From: a virus
Virus record (IMG/VR): IMGVR_UViG_3300032287_003808
Location: 1 to 64,000 of that record
Reading direction: 5' to 3' (one strand)
DNA: 64,000 nucleotides
The notes under the pieces were generated by a model. It had not been told where the DNA came from. It did no database searches and worked only from the letters and a program-made list of their open reading frames with translations. The translations under genes were made by a program, and so were the position numbers. How positions within the stretch are numbered: position 1 is the stretch's first letter; each line of letters opens with the position of its first letter. Shown here piece by piece: positions 1 to 10,592 of the stretch.

Positions 1-5
1 CTATA

Positions 6-734
6 TCATAGGTCAGGCCAAAAAAAGCTAAGCCCAATTGGGATATTGACTCTATCGTTACTCCCGTCGGGAAAAAAAGTAAGATCAACATCTGGCTGAA
101 CTTCTTTAATATATTCTCTTAGGGCGCGTGAGTCTTTAGCTAAGAGATAATTATCGACAAAATCTCGAATATCTTTTTTCTCTCGACTTCCTTCAACTGA
201 CGTAATAATGTATTTAAGCCTAGTGGTTAGGTCTGGGGATGCGTCTTTATTAATTTTCTTTAACCCATCGAGTTCACGAGTAATATCTTGTTCATCTTTA
301 TGTGTTAAAAAACGAAACGCTACGTGGTTACCAGAATGAGGTAAAGTATATTCAAACTCATTTGTTTTATTAGATTCTACATTTGGATGTAGTGGTTTAT
401 TTTCTATTTGGGATAAATCTACTGTTTGAGATTCTCCGTTATATTCGAATGTATAATCTTTACCATAACCTAAAACACGAGAAGCAATCATAATCGCGTT
501 TTTATCCCCGATTAATAATTCATCATAGTTTATTTTAGACACAATTAATGATTTCATTAATTTATCTAATACAGTTCCATTTTTAATATACGCCTGGTTA
601 GTTAGGATGTCTTCTTCTCTAGCAGTCATGTATTTTAACTCAATTGTACCTTTTGCTAATTCAGAAGTTTCAGGGTAAAGTAAACCTTTAGAAGGTAATT
701 CTACTGTTTCAGTAGGGATTTTAAATTCACTCAT
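6..734 (-). CDS. baseplate hub assembly / tail assembly protein (T4 gp26/gp51-like)
   Basis: 242 aa; N-terminal 'VELPSKGLLY...IELKYMTAREEDIL' typical of T4-like hub assembly proteins; directly downstream of tail tube. Confidence 0.6.
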   Translation of the reverse strand: MSEFKIPTETVELPSKGLLYPETSELAKGTIELKYMTAREEDILTNQAYIKNGTVLDKLMKSLIVSKINYDELLIGDKNAIMIASRVLGYGKDYTFEYNGESQTVDLSQIENKPLHPNVESNKTNEFEYTLPHSGNHVAFRFLTHKDEQDITRELDGLKKINKDASPDLTTRLKYIITSVEGSREKKDIRDFVDNYLLAKDSRALREYIKEVQPDVDLTFFPDGSNDRVNIPIGLSFFWPDL

Positions 735-778
735 AATTCTTATTTAATATAACTTAATTGTTCGGATATACATATATG

Positions 779-816
779 AAAAAATAAGAAGCCTACCTAA
801 ACTAGGCAAGCTTCTT
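779..816 (-). terminator. probable intrinsic terminator after tail tube gene
   Basis: minus strand AAGAAGCTTGCCTAG..TAGGTAGGCTTCTT imperfect hairpin followed by T-rich run. Confidence 0.55.
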
Positions 817-837
817 TAAAAATATTTTAAAATAGTA

Positions 838-1326
838 TTAGAAGTTTAATACGCAGTAATCTGGTTGTACTGTCATGTTGATGTTCACCGCTGCTCCATC
901 ATCATCCCAGTTATATTCACCAAATGTTGCTTCAGTAATGATTGCTCCTTTAATGATCCATTCAGAAACGATATCACCTACAGGTCCTAAAACATTAACT
1001 GTTAAATCTTTCTTATAGAAATCAGAGTAACCATCTCGGCCTGTTACAGATTCGTGGTGTAAGCGTACCCATTCCATTACAGCTTGTGCTCCAGATGGTG
1101 TAATTGGGTCAAATAATGTGAACTGAATAGTTCCCCAAGTTGTTTTTCCTTTCACAAAACGTTGAACGTTAATGTGGTTAAGAGCAACTGCGTTTTGAGA
1201 CAATGTTACAGCACCCATTCCTTTGATCATATATGATGGAATCCCATCAATATAAAGAATAAAGCGGTTAGTTTGTTTTGGTTCAAACGCGGTAAAAAAT
1301 ATTTCGTTTGGATCTAGGATTGCCAT
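838..1326 (-). CDS. tail tube protein (T4 gp19-like)
   Basis: 162 aa; 'FEPKQTNRF...GKTTWGTIQFTLFD...YKKDLTVNVLGPVGDIVSEWIIKGA' gp19-type pattern; follows sheath genes. Confidence 0.85.
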   Translation of the reverse strand: MAILDPNEIFFTAFEPKQTNRFILYIDGIPSYMIKGMGAVTLSQNAVALNHINVQRFVKGKTTWGTIQFTLFDPITPSGAQAVMEWVRLHHESVTGRDGYSDFYKKDLTVNVLGPVGDIVSEWIIKGAIITEATFGEYNWDDDGAAVNINMTVQPDYCVLNF

Positions 1327-1350
1327 GTTTTATCTATTATTTGTTTTATT

Positions 1351-1358
1351 ATACATAT
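1351..1358 (-). promoter_or_regulatory. putative late promoter motif ATAT(G/T)TAT (example upstream of tail tube)
   Basis: ATATGTAT on coding strand about 25 nt upstream of ATG; same motif recurs before about 20 genes (see findings). Confidence 0.6.
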
Positions 1359-1374
1359 TTAATTTTTCAACTTT

Positions 1375-3117
1375 TTACCCTGGGAATGTAGCTCCTGTTG
1401 GTTGTAAGATGAAGTCTAAGGCTATAAATTCTGCTGTTCTAGCTGGTTGGATATATATTTGTCCTACTAATTGGTTTCTATCAATTACATCTGGTGTATT
1501 GATTGTTTCATCCATGATTACTTTGAACGCGTATAAACCTTGTTTTTGTTGGATTGCTTCTAAGTATGGGTTAACACGGCTTACAAAATTATTTCTTGTA
1601 GTAATTGTGTTTTGTTCGAATACTAAAGTATCTGCAATTTGAGAAATATATGCTTTTAATTCAATTAACAAACGACGAACATTTACTCTATCAAGCGCTG
1701 AAGCACCTTTTTGTAATGTTTTCTGACCAAATACTGACACTCCTGTTTTAGGGAATGTAGCAATTGGGTTAACATTGTTTTCATATAATTCATCTCTATC
1801 ACCTTGAGATAATTTAAGTTTTGCTTTTAACACATTACCTAATCCACCACGGTTAATACCTGCAGGTGCAAACCAAGGAGCAGCTACTTTATCATTGTAA
1901 GCATATACTCCAGGGACTAATGTAGAAGCAGGTACGAATACTTGTTTTCCTGTAGCTGGGTCTTGAATGAACACCCAAGGCCAGTAAGTAGCAGCATATG
2001 ATGTATTACGAGATTGAGCGTTTTCAACAGCGTCTGCAAGTGTTCCAGCATATTCAACCATATCTGCTATGTAAATATTATCTCCTCTATTAATAGTGTT
2101 ATTAATAAGGCTAGATACTGTTGAAGTATGTAATGAATTGAATAATCCAGGTGTAGATAATAAATTGAATTGATAATCATCTCTATTAGCCATTAAGTTA
2201 ACCATGTTAACATAATCTGATGCTATAACTCCTTGAGTTTGGGTTGAGATGTTTTCATAAAAATTAACTCCTCCTATGATTGTTCCTACACCACCATCAA
2301 AAGCACCATTAGAATTAGCTGGTAAAGATCCTGTGTATTGTGGTTTAGGTATTCCGTTATTGTCAAAATAGTTAGGTGTTAAGAAAGTTGGGTTAACGTA
2401 GCTAATACGAACATATCTTGATTTGTTAGAATAAGTTCCAGAAAGTACATCAATTTGGTTAGAAGTAACATCGTATCCTAATTTAATATCTCCAATCACT
2501 TTAGAAATAAAACGTGAAGAATTAGGATCTAAATTAACACTATTCCATGATTCTAAGATAATCTTATCTGAATCTCTATCATTTCCTTGGCGTACAATAA
2601 CGTTAAATGTTCCTGAACCTGTATTTACTCCTGTGATTTCCCATCTTAGGTTATCTTTACTTCCAGATGTAAATGATCCACTTACTACTGGAGACTCACT
2701 ATTCATGATTTCTCCTTCAGAAATAGTTTCTAATGTAAATACGTCAGGTGTTCCAAAATATGCTGGATCAACATATCCTGCTACAACGTAACTTGCATTG
2801 TTAGTAATTAAAGATGAAGTAGCAGAAGAATATACACCTGATACTACACGAGATACAATTAATGATTGGCCTCCGTTTTGGAAATAATTGTAAGCAGAGA
2901 TAGAAGTTAAATAAGAATAAGCATTACTTCCACTGATTAAAACATCTCCAAATCTATTTACATAATCTGCATATGAAGTAACACGTGTTGGGATTTCAAC
3001 AGGTCCTTTAACTGTAGGTCCTATTATTGCTGCGCCTGCTTGAACTGGTTGGGCAAATAAAAATGTGTTATCTATTTCACTTGTAGTTACTCCAGGGGAT
3101 ACTGAGAATTTTGCCAT
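1375..3117 (-). CDS. tail sheath protein (T4 gp18-like), copy 2
   Basis: 580 aa; 'SPGV..EID', 'PWFAPAGINRG', 'FGQKTLQ..SALDRVNVRRLL', 'QPARTAEFI' sheath motifs. Confidence 0.92.
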   Translation of the reverse strand: MAKFSVSPGVTTSEIDNTFLFAQPVQAGAAIIGPTVKGPVEIPTRVTSYADYVNRFGDVLISGSNAYSYLTSISAYNYFQNGGQSLIVSRVVSGVYSSATSSLITNNASYVVAGYVDPAYFGTPDVFTLETISEGEIMNSESPVVSGSFTSGSKDNLRWEITGVNTGSGTFNVIVRQGNDRDSDKIILESWNSVNLDPNSSRFISKVIGDIKLGYDVTSNQIDVLSGTYSNKSRYVRISYVNPTFLTPNYFDNNGIPKPQYTGSLPANSNGAFDGGVGTIIGGVNFYENISTQTQGVIASDYVNMVNLMANRDDYQFNLLSTPGLFNSLHTSTVSSLINNTINRGDNIYIADMVEYAGTLADAVENAQSRNTSYAATYWPWVFIQDPATGKQVFVPASTLVPGVYAYNDKVAAPWFAPAGINRGGLGNVLKAKLKLSQGDRDELYENNVNPIATFPKTGVSVFGQKTLQKGASALDRVNVRRLLIELKAYISQIADTLVFEQNTITTRNNFVSRVNPYLEAIQQKQGLYAFKVIMDETINTPDVIDRNQLVGQIYIQPARTAEFIALDFILQPTGATFPG

Positions 3118-3140
3118 TTTTGTTTTTAATTTGTTTTATT

Positions 3141-3148
3141 ATAAATAT
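3141..3148 (-). promoter_or_regulatory. putative late promoter motif upstream of sheath copy 2
   Basis: ATATTTAT on coding strand in the short intergenic gap. Confidence 0.6.
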
Positions 3149-3172
3149 TATTTCTTTTTTTAAAAACATTTT

Positions 3173-5278
3173 TTAACTGAAAGAAACTCCAGTCGGTAAT
3201 ATATTAAATGTAAGGTAGATAAATTCTGCAGTTTTTGTTGGTTGTAAATAAATTGCTCCTACTAACTGGTTATTATCTATTACTTGCGGTGTATTGTTTG
3301 ATTCATCCATTACAACTCTAAAACTATACAAACCTTGTCTTTGCTGTACAGAAGATAAATACGGATTTACTTGGAGTAAAAAAGTATTTCTTGTAGCCGT
3401 AGTATTTTGTTCGAATACTAATGCGTCAGCTACTTGAGAGATATAATTTTTAAGTTCAATTAACAATCGACGAACATTTACACGGTCAAGAGCACTTGCT
3501 TTTTTCTGTAATGTTTTTTGTCCAAATACTGTTACTCCGCTGTTAGGGAAAGTAGCAATTGGATTTACATTAGCTTCATATAAAGTATCTCTATTACCTT
3601 GAGTTAAATATCTTTCTGCTCTAATTACATTATTCATTGTACCTCTATTTGTACCAGCGGGTGCATACCATGGTTCAGCAGCATTATCATTGAATATATA
3701 AACTCCCGGGATTAATGTTGAAGCAGGTACCCACACTTGTTGTGAAGTACTAGGGTCAATCGTTTGAACCCAAGGCCAGTAAGCAGCTGCATATGACGTG
3801 TCTAACGCAGTTGCTGCTGTAGTGACGGGCAATATATTAGATCCGTAACCTGCTATGTCTATTACAGCCATTGAATTACCATTATTTTGACAATTAGATA
3901 CTAATAATGATAATGCTTGAGCATGAGCTGGGAATGTTGAGTTATAGATTAATCCTGGTGCTGTAATTAGATTATATCGGTATTCATCTTTGTTAGCTAA
4001 CAATGATATAGATTCAAGATAATTAGCCGCCGGAATACCTTGAGGATCAATATTTCCTATATTCTCATAGTATGTTCCTGGTCCTGAAGATGGGATATTA
4101 TCTCCTGTTGTCCCTCCAAATGTTCCACTTGCAGCTGTAGGTATAGAACCAGTGTATTCTGATTTTGGGTTACCTGAATTGTCTAAGTAGTTTGGTGTAG
4201 GAGTTAATACTTGTTTTACTCTAACATATCTTGATTGGTTGTTATAATTTCCATTCAATTGAACGTAATATTCACCATTATCTTGAGCAACTGTTTGGTA
4301 TTGATTACCAATTATTCTTTCAATATAGTTAGGTGAAAAAGGATCTAATGATAATGGGCCCCAAGTTTCTACAACAGAAGGTGAATTAGTTGAGTCATTA
4401 CCTTGTCTAATAATTAAACTAAAGGTTCCGTTATTGACATTCGGAGAAACAATTTGCCATCTAAAATTATCACCTGAACCTGATTCTAAAGTACCATCAG
4501 AAAAAAGAGTACTGGTACTGTTCATTATCTTTCCTTCTGATAAAGTTTCTAAGATAAATGCTTCAGTGTTAGTACCTCCACCGAAATAGTAAGTATTACT
4601 TCCTGATATAAAATATTGAGAGTTACCTGTTAATCCGTTAGAACCCGTATAAAATAAATTTAAATTAGGGTTGTTATTTGATGCTGAGATGTATTGTAAA
4701 GATGCACTGTAAGGTGCTACAGCTCCACTTACATTAAACACTGCTGATGCTGTTGCTGTATAATCTGCTATTGTTACAGGGCTATTAGCAAAGGAAGCGG
4801 TGTTAACATAGATAGTAGTAGATGTATTAGTTACTGTTGATCCTGTGAAATAGAATAATATTCCATTTACTGAAAAAGAACCAATTCCTGAACTAGCTAC
4901 ACTAGCGGATATAAAGTTAAGGTTAAAAGAAGCAGATGCTTGAGTAACCTTAGTTGATGTAGGAATAGTTGATGATGTTGCTGGTGTGAAAGAACCACTT
5001 ACTACTCGTGTAACTAATAAAGTATTACCACCATTTTGGAAGTAATTATATGTAGAAATAGAAGTGAAGTATGTGTACGTTTGACTCCCACTAATAAGAG
5101 TAGCTCCAAATTTATTTAAATAATCACTATATGATGTTACTAATGTAGGAATTCCTACAGGACCTTTAACAGTAGGACCTACAATAGCAGCTCCAGCTTG
5201 TACTGGTTGTTGAGTGATAAATGATTGGTCATTTTCTATTGCTAGAACCCCAGGGGATAATAATACTTCTGATGCCAT
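3173..5278 (-). CDS. tail sheath protein (T4 gp18-like), copy 1
   Basis: 701 aa; same sheath motifs 'PWYAPAGTNRG', 'FGQKTLQKKASALDRVNVRRLL'; longer S/T/G-rich insertion than copy 2. Confidence 0.92.
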   Translation of the reverse strand: MASEVLLSPGVLAIENDQSFITQQPVQAGAAIVGPTVKGPVGIPTLVTSYSDYLNKFGATLISGSQTYTYFTSISTYNYFQNGGNTLLVTRVVSGSFTPATSSTIPTSTKVTQASASFNLNFISASVASSGIGSFSVNGILFYFTGSTVTNTSTTIYVNTASFANSPVTIADYTATASAVFNVSGAVAPYSASLQYISASNNNPNLNLFYTGSNGLTGNSQYFISGSNTYYFGGGTNTEAFILETLSEGKIMNSTSTLFSDGTLESGSGDNFRWQIVSPNVNNGTFSLIIRQGNDSTNSPSVVETWGPLSLDPFSPNYIERIIGNQYQTVAQDNGEYYVQLNGNYNNQSRYVRVKQVLTPTPNYLDNSGNPKSEYTGSIPTAASGTFGGTTGDNIPSSGPGTYYENIGNIDPQGIPAANYLESISLLANKDEYRYNLITAPGLIYNSTFPAHAQALSLLVSNCQNNGNSMAVIDIAGYGSNILPVTTAATALDTSYAAAYWPWVQTIDPSTSQQVWVPASTLIPGVYIFNDNAAEPWYAPAGTNRGTMNNVIRAERYLTQGNRDTLYEANVNPIATFPNSGVTVFGQKTLQKKASALDRVNVRRLLIELKNYISQVADALVFEQNTTATRNTFLLQVNPYLSSVQQRQGLYSFRVVMDESNNTPQVIDNNQLVGAIYLQPTKTAEFIYLTFNILPTGVSFS

Positions 5279-5296
5279 TAGTTTTATTTATACATA

Positions 5297-5560
5297 TTAC
5301 GAAATAGGAGTGATTTCACCAGTTTGAGGGTTAATGTTTGTTTTCCCATATTTTTCAAATATAGCTTGGTGGAAGTCTTGTTCTTTTTTAGATAACTCTC
5401 CTAAAAATGATTTAGCATTTTCTTTTCTACTAGTTAATTGGATTTGGAATAATTCAATTTCTCCAAATTCAAGGATAATAGCTTGAGTTTCCTCTTGAAT
5501 TGTTTTTAAAGTTTGTAATTCTTCTTGAGTTAAAACTTGGTTTTCTGTAACTGTTTCCAT
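5297..5560 (-). CDS. small coiled-coil protein, possibly tail-fibre assembly chaperone
   Basis: 87 aa, helical E/Q/K/L-rich, directly downstream of the fibre genes; function inferred from position only. Confidence 0.4.
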   Translation of the reverse strand: METVTENQVLTQEELQTLKTIQEETQAIILEFGEIELFQIQLTSRKENAKSFLGELSKKEQDFHQAIFEKYGKTNINPQTGEITPIS

Positions 5561-5585
5561 TTGTTTTGTTTTTATTTGTTTATGT

Positions 5586-7700
5586 TTATTTGATTAAATA
5601 TATAGCAATTTCATCATTAAGCTCTTTCATTTTAATCCATCTGGGTGGGATTTGTTGGTTTTTAAGTACTCTAATTTGGCCTAATAGTCCTACTATATTC
5701 CACTCAGGACGTTGTTCCCTAGGGGTATATTGTAATGCTGGGTTAAAATCTAAGTTTAATTTTTTACGAGTGCCTGTTAATGTTTTGTAAGTTATATTCA
5801 TGTCTTCATCTACATGACTAACTATTTGGTAATCATATTCTTCCATTACATAATTACCCCAAATATCTTTTTCATATTTTCCAATCCATTCATCACCAGT
5901 TCCTTCATCACTATTACCTAATACACTAGGTTTATTTGAAATAACACCGATAGCGTTTTCAGCAATCTCACATATTTTTATATAGCTTCCTGTTAATTCA
6001 ACTACAGTACCTAAAGGTATAGATTGGCCATCATAAGATTCAAAATATTCAGCATAGTCGGCACCACCATTCGTAAACGTACCTGCTGCTAAACATTGAC
6101 CTGAGCCTGACACTCTAAATAAATTTGCTCTAGCTGAGTCTGAAACTCCTCCTCCTACAACAAATGTACCATAGCTTGTATTAGAAATACTGCTGGTTTG
6201 GTTGTAAGTTCCAAAAGCAGTTAAAACAGATGATTCAGCTTTTACACCTACTCCAGCAGCAAAAGTTCCTATAGTGGCAGCTGATGATGACATGCCTAAA
6301 GCTACACTATAATCTCCTGATGCTGTTGAGTATATCCCTCCTGCAAATGAAAATTCTCCAGATGCAAGAGAAACAAATCCATAAGCATGTGAGCCTGTAT
6401 TAGAGGATACAGTTCCAAGACCTTCCGCATGAGAATAAATTCCACTAGCTGTTGTTAGATATCCTTCAGTATGAGAGAATAAGCCAGATGCTAATGTTTG
6501 TCTCCCTTCAGCATGAGATGCTGCACCTTCAGCTATAGATCCTGACCCTTCAGCATGAGAGAATACTCCTTTTGAAATAGTTTTAAATCCTTCAGCATGA
6601 GAAAAAGAAGCGGACGCAAAAGTAAGTAATCCTTCAGAATGAGAACCTCCAAAATCTCCACCAACTGATTCTTGCCCAGATGCTGTTGTAAAATATCCTT
6701 CAGCATGAGAACCAGGACCTATAACTAATGTACTTACTCCTTCAGCGTGTGCGGCTGATGCTGAGGTTATTGTGAAAGATCCCTCAGCATGTGATCCTGC
6801 TCCAAAAGCTTTGGTAAAAGATCCTTCAGCGTGTGCTGCCGCTGGGTTGCCTCCCCATCCTACACTTGAAGCTGTAGTAAAGTATCCTTCAGCATGGTCA
6901 ACTGTACCTTGAGCTAATGTGAATGCTCCTTCTGCGTGTGAATACTGTCCTGATGCTAATGTAGCTGCTCCTTCTGCGTGTGAAATAAGTCCAGAAGCAG
7001 TAACATAAGCTCCTTGTTCTAGACTTTGGGATAAATAATTAAATCTAAAGCTTTCTGCAGCAGCTAATTCACTACCACTATTATATTGTATTTCATAATT
7101 ATTTCCAGCAGCAGCTAAACTACCAGACGCTCCAGTAATAGTTACTACTGTTTTACCTCCAGCGTCTGTTACGTCTACTCCAGCACCAACAAAATCAATG
7201 GTTGTTCTTTGAGTTAATGGACTACCTTCGTTTTCAACAGTTGTATACCCACTTCCACCTCCAGAACCGCTAATTTGAAATGCTGTTCCTACTTGGTTAA
7301 TTGTAATATTAGGACCTGCTACAAGGTTAACATATGATGCTGTTGCTGCTGTTCCTGCTACTGAGCCGGTAAATGATCCAGTAAATGATCCTGTATTGTG
7401 GGATCCTGTAAATGCGTTGTATGATGCTGTTAAGTCATTAAGAGTACTAGATAACCCAGCAGTTAACCCTTGAGAAGAAGTATAGAATACTTGTTTAGTA
7501 ACACTATCAAAAGATAAAACATTATTTTGAGGTGTATCTGATAGTTGGTCTAAATATACTGATCCTGTTATTGTTAAAGATCCTGATATTGTTATATCGT
7601 ATGCTTCCAGTCCTGTGAACGCGTCTACAGATTGAGAGACATGCCAAGGTCTGATTGTTCCTAAGGATACGATAGTAGATTTATCTAATGTAAGAGCCAT
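5586..7700 (-). CDS. tail fibre/spike with HAEG repeats and C-terminal peptidase G2-type intramolecular chaperone
   Basis: 704 aa; many ~14-aa 'SHAEG' repeats (YadA-head-like); C-terminal 'GADYAEYFES...IGVISNKP...REQRPEWNIVGLLGQIRV'. Confidence 0.75.
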   Translation of the reverse strand: MALTLDKSTIVSLGTIRPWHVSQSVDAFTGLEAYDITISGSLTITGSVYLDQLSDTPQNNVLSFDSVTKQVFYTSSQGLTAGLSSTLNDLTASYNAFTGSHNTGSFTGSFTGSVAGTAATASYVNLVAGPNITINQVGTAFQISGSGGGSGYTTVENEGSPLTQRTTIDFVGAGVDVTDAGGKTVVTITGASGSLAAAGNNYEIQYNSGSELAAAESFRFNYLSQSLEQGAYVTASGLISHAEGAATLASGQYSHAEGAFTLAQGTVDHAEGYFTTASSVGWGGNPAAAHAEGSFTKAFGAGSHAEGSFTITSASAAHAEGVSTLVIGPGSHAEGYFTTASGQESVGGDFGGSHSEGLLTFASASFSHAEGFKTISKGVFSHAEGSGSIAEGAASHAEGRQTLASGLFSHTEGYLTTASGIYSHAEGLGTVSSNTGSHAYGFVSLASGEFSFAGGIYSTASGDYSVALGMSSSAATIGTFAAGVGVKAESSVLTAFGTYNQTSSISNTSYGTFVVGGGVSDSARANLFRVSGSGQCLAAGTFTNGGADYAEYFESYDGQSIPLGTVVELTGSYIKICEIAENAIGVISNKPSVLGNSDEGTGDEWIGKYEKDIWGNYVMEEYDYQIVSHVDEDMNITYKTLTGTRKKLNLDFNPALQYTPREQRPEWNIVGLLGQIRVLKNQQIPPRWIKMKELNDEIAIYLIK

Positions 7701-7719
7701 TTTATATTATTTGATTTTA

Positions 7720-9453
7720 TTATATTCCTAAATGAGTCTTAATAGTTTGTATTTCAGACTTTAATTCCTCGTTTTCTATAATGAGCTTTTTAATTGTACC
7801 ATACATAGCGGCATATATTTGATCAGCGTTTAATGATTTACAATCTTCTAAGTATAATTCTCCACTTCCACTAAATATTCTAGTGTCAACAGCTTTAGGA
7901 AAAACAGTTTCAACTTCTTGAGCAATCCAACCTAATTTACTTCTATCTTTTACTTGTTCTATAGTACAAGCTTCATCTTTCCAAGTATATCGTTTTAAGG
8001 GAAGATTTTTTACAATATTATAACAAGTATCATAATTTGCCTCCTCTATATTTGTTTTTAATCTTTCATCCGAAGTTACAGTCCAAGTAGTACTAGCAAA
8101 TTTTGCAGCTAAATCTGTTGATAACTCTAGCTGGTATGAAGGTTCTACTCCTAGGCCTAATCCTCCTTGCATAGATCCAGAAGCCATTAATACCATAAGA
8201 GTCCCATAAGTACCACCATTAAAATTACCCCATTTCCATCCTTTTGTATAAGTAATGTTGGCTGCGGCGCTTGTTCCAATTCCTGTAGATTCGAGTATAA
8301 CATCACTTACCCACTGGCCAAAATTAGCATTACTATCTTGGTCGATACCACCATTTGTTATTTTACGCTGTGTATAAAGTGTTGATACAGATCCTGATGT
8401 TCTAGCATAATGACTTATGAATCTGCTTGCTCCAGCGTGAGTATTAATAGCTGTTAGTACTGTCTGGGCTCCAGCGTCATTTTTTATAAATGTAGCACTT
8501 CCTGTTGCTATAAGGCTCCCACTTGTTATTAATGCAGATCCACTAAATCTAAAATTAGAAACTCCTTTAGAAAGTTGTCTAGCTGTAGTATTCCACCAAG
8601 GAATTTGGAATTGGTTTTGTGTACCTGCAGTTGTTTGAGTAACGTAAGTATTTGTTGTTATAAGAGAATAAACTATGTTATCAACTCCTATAATAGGGGA
8701 GTTTGTTGTTTGAGCATATATTAAACCTGCTTGAGTTGAACCCGTAGATGGAATAACTACTTGAGGATCAAAGTCATTTGAATCATTAGCATCTGTTGTT
8801 CTAGTTAAAATATATTTAGTAGATGATGATCCTGTTTGAGTAAGTTCATAAACCCCATTTTGCAATTGAGCTGCTTGGTTTTTTACTAAAATTCTGTCAT
8901 TAAGAACTGTTGGTGTACCATCAATTGTACCTAAAGCGCCATTAGAAGATCCTGATATGAATGATCCTATTCCATCATTTAATGGTCCATTATCATATAC
9001 TGGAGAAAATGGTAATACTGCTGTTGTAGCTACTACTACAGTTAAAGGGGTTGTTCCTAGATCTGAAGTGTTTCCTTCTAGGTATGATGCTGTTAAAGCG
9101 TATGAAGCACTAGTAGTAGTATTAGCGTATGAAGCCGTTACTGCGTATGAAGAACTTAAAGCATAAGATGCTGTCAAAGCATATGATGCACTGTTTGCAT
9201 ATGACGCACTGTCTGCATATGAAGCCGTTCCTTGTAATGAAGCTGTTATGCTATCTGTAAAATTAATTTCTCCAAACCCATTAGAAACTGCTACTCTATC
9301 TGCTCCTTCAGTACCATTTTGTAAAGTTAGAGAACCTGATAATGTAATGTCGTATGCTTCTGTTCCGGTAAAAGCATCAATAGATTGGGTGACATGCCAT
9401 GCCTCAACAGTATTTGTTGTTTCAATTCCTATTTGGGATAATGTAAGTGCCAT
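7720..9453 (-). CDS. tail fibre protein with C-terminal S74-type intramolecular chaperone
   Basis: 577 aa; 'DRILVKNQ...QNGVY' fibre module; C-terminal 'TSDERLKTNIE...LGWIAQEVE.VFP' and terminal coiled coil. Confidence 0.8.
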   Translation of the reverse strand: MALTLSQIGIETTNTVEAWHVTQSIDAFTGTEAYDITLSGSLTLQNGTEGADRVAVSNGFGEINFTDSITASLQGTASYADSASYANSASYALTASYALSSSYAVTASYANTTTSASYALTASYLEGNTSDLGTTPLTVVVATTAVLPFSPVYDNGPLNDGIGSFISGSSNGALGTIDGTPTVLNDRILVKNQAAQLQNGVYELTQTGSSSTKYILTRTTDANDSNDFDPQVVIPSTGSTQAGLIYAQTTNSPIIGVDNIVYSLITTNTYVTQTTAGTQNQFQIPWWNTTARQLSKGVSNFRFSGSALITSGSLIATGSATFIKNDAGAQTVLTAINTHAGASRFISHYARTSGSVSTLYTQRKITNGGIDQDSNANFGQWVSDVILESTGIGTSAAANITYTKGWKWGNFNGGTYGTLMVLMASGSMQGGLGLGVEPSYQLELSTDLAAKFASTTWTVTSDERLKTNIEEANYDTCYNIVKNLPLKRYTWKDEACTIEQVKDRSKLGWIAQEVETVFPKAVDTRIFSGSGELYLEDCKSLNADQIYAAMYGTIKKLIIENEELKSEIQTIKTHLGI

Positions 9454-9491
9454 TTATTATTTTGTTATAAATATTACAAAAATTTTTAATT

Positions 9492-10571
9492 TTATGCAAT
9501 TTGAGTTAAAGTAGCAATAACTGAAGGGATTGCTGGTCTTGTTGGTGTGCTTGATGATGGTGCTGCTTGTATTTGTCCTGTTGCTGCATTACAACTCCAT
9601 TTTATTTCTATATAGTCATTTGCTTGTATTGGAGTTGCAAAATTCCATGCTGCTACTAATCTACCATTACTACCTGCTACTTTATTAAGTGTTACGTTTG
9701 TGTTTGAGTGTGCAATATTACTTCCGGTATATGCAAACCATATATCAAATTCAATTGTTGTATTTGCTGTGTTTCCTAATTGGGCTGAAAATTGTAAGTC
9801 ATATAAACCTGTGTTGTCTACTGTTATTCTACTTTGGCTTACTATTCTTGTATTTAATGTAAAATCTGTTGTATTAAATTTCATAGAATACGCAGTATTT
9901 GCTGAGCCTGATTGGGTAGTTGTGTCTGAGAATTGGCCGTAGTTAAATAGTTTATTTCCCCATCTTGTAAATGAGGATCCACTTACTATATTGATATTAC
10001 CATCAATAACATCAAATGAACCAGTGACCGATGTGCTTCCACTAACACTATGCACTCCTTTAAAAAATGCAGATCCAGTTACAATAAATATACTGTTTTT
10101 AAAATTAGAGGAACCACTTACTTCAATACTACCACTTAATACAGTATTACCAGTAATTGTATTAGAGCCACTTAATGTATGAGTTCCTACAAATAATGTA
10201 GAACCACTAACATTTAATGACCCACTTAAAGTTAAAGCATTTGAGGAACTATTAAATGTAAAATTACTTGAACCGCTAAACACTCCATTCCCGTTAAATT
10301 GGATAGATGTATTAGGATTTCCAGGTAAACTTCCACCACTTGATCCAGTATTTACAGTAATTGGGAATGTACTTCCATCTCCTTTAGTAAATGTAATTGT
10401 ATTAGAACTAACTGATGCTGTGATTAAAAATGAGCCTGTAGCTCCTGTTGAGGTAATGTAACCAGCATCATTTATAAACTGTGATATATTACTTCCGGAT
10501 GTTGCTAAATCTTTAAATTTACCATATTGCCAGTTATAGTTATACTTTTTATCCTGGGTAAAGTCTGCCAT
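9492..10571 (-). CDS. putative tail fibre/virion protein
   Basis: 359 aa; S/G/T-rich 'SGS' repeats, C-terminal C1q/TNF-like beta domain ('GLYDLQFSAQL...DYIEIKW'). Confidence 0.55.
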   Translation of the reverse strand: MADFTQDKKYNYNWQYGKFKDLATSGSNISQFINDAGYITSTGATGSFLITASVSSNTITFTKGDGSTFPITVNTGSSGGSLPGNPNTSIQFNGNGVFSGSSNFTFNSSSNALTLSGSLNVSGSTLFVGTHTLSGSNTITGNTVLSGSIEVSGSSNFKNSIFIVTGSAFFKGVHSVSGSTSVTGSFDVIDGNINIVSGSSFTRWGNKLFNYGQFSDTTTQSGSANTAYSMKFNTTDFTLNTRIVSQSRITVDNTGLYDLQFSAQLGNTANTTIEFDIWFAYTGSNIAHSNTNVTLNKVAGSNGRLVAAWNFATPIQANDYIEIKWSCNAATGQIQAAPSSSTPTRPAIPSVIATLTQIA

Positions 10572-10592
10572 TAACTTTTATTATAAATATGA

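Noticed and set aside
6300-7000. Regularly spaced DNA repeats (ccttcagcatg, about 42-nt period) resembling a CRISPR array
   Set aside because: They encode in-frame HAEG peptide repeats with synonymous variation inside a fibre gene
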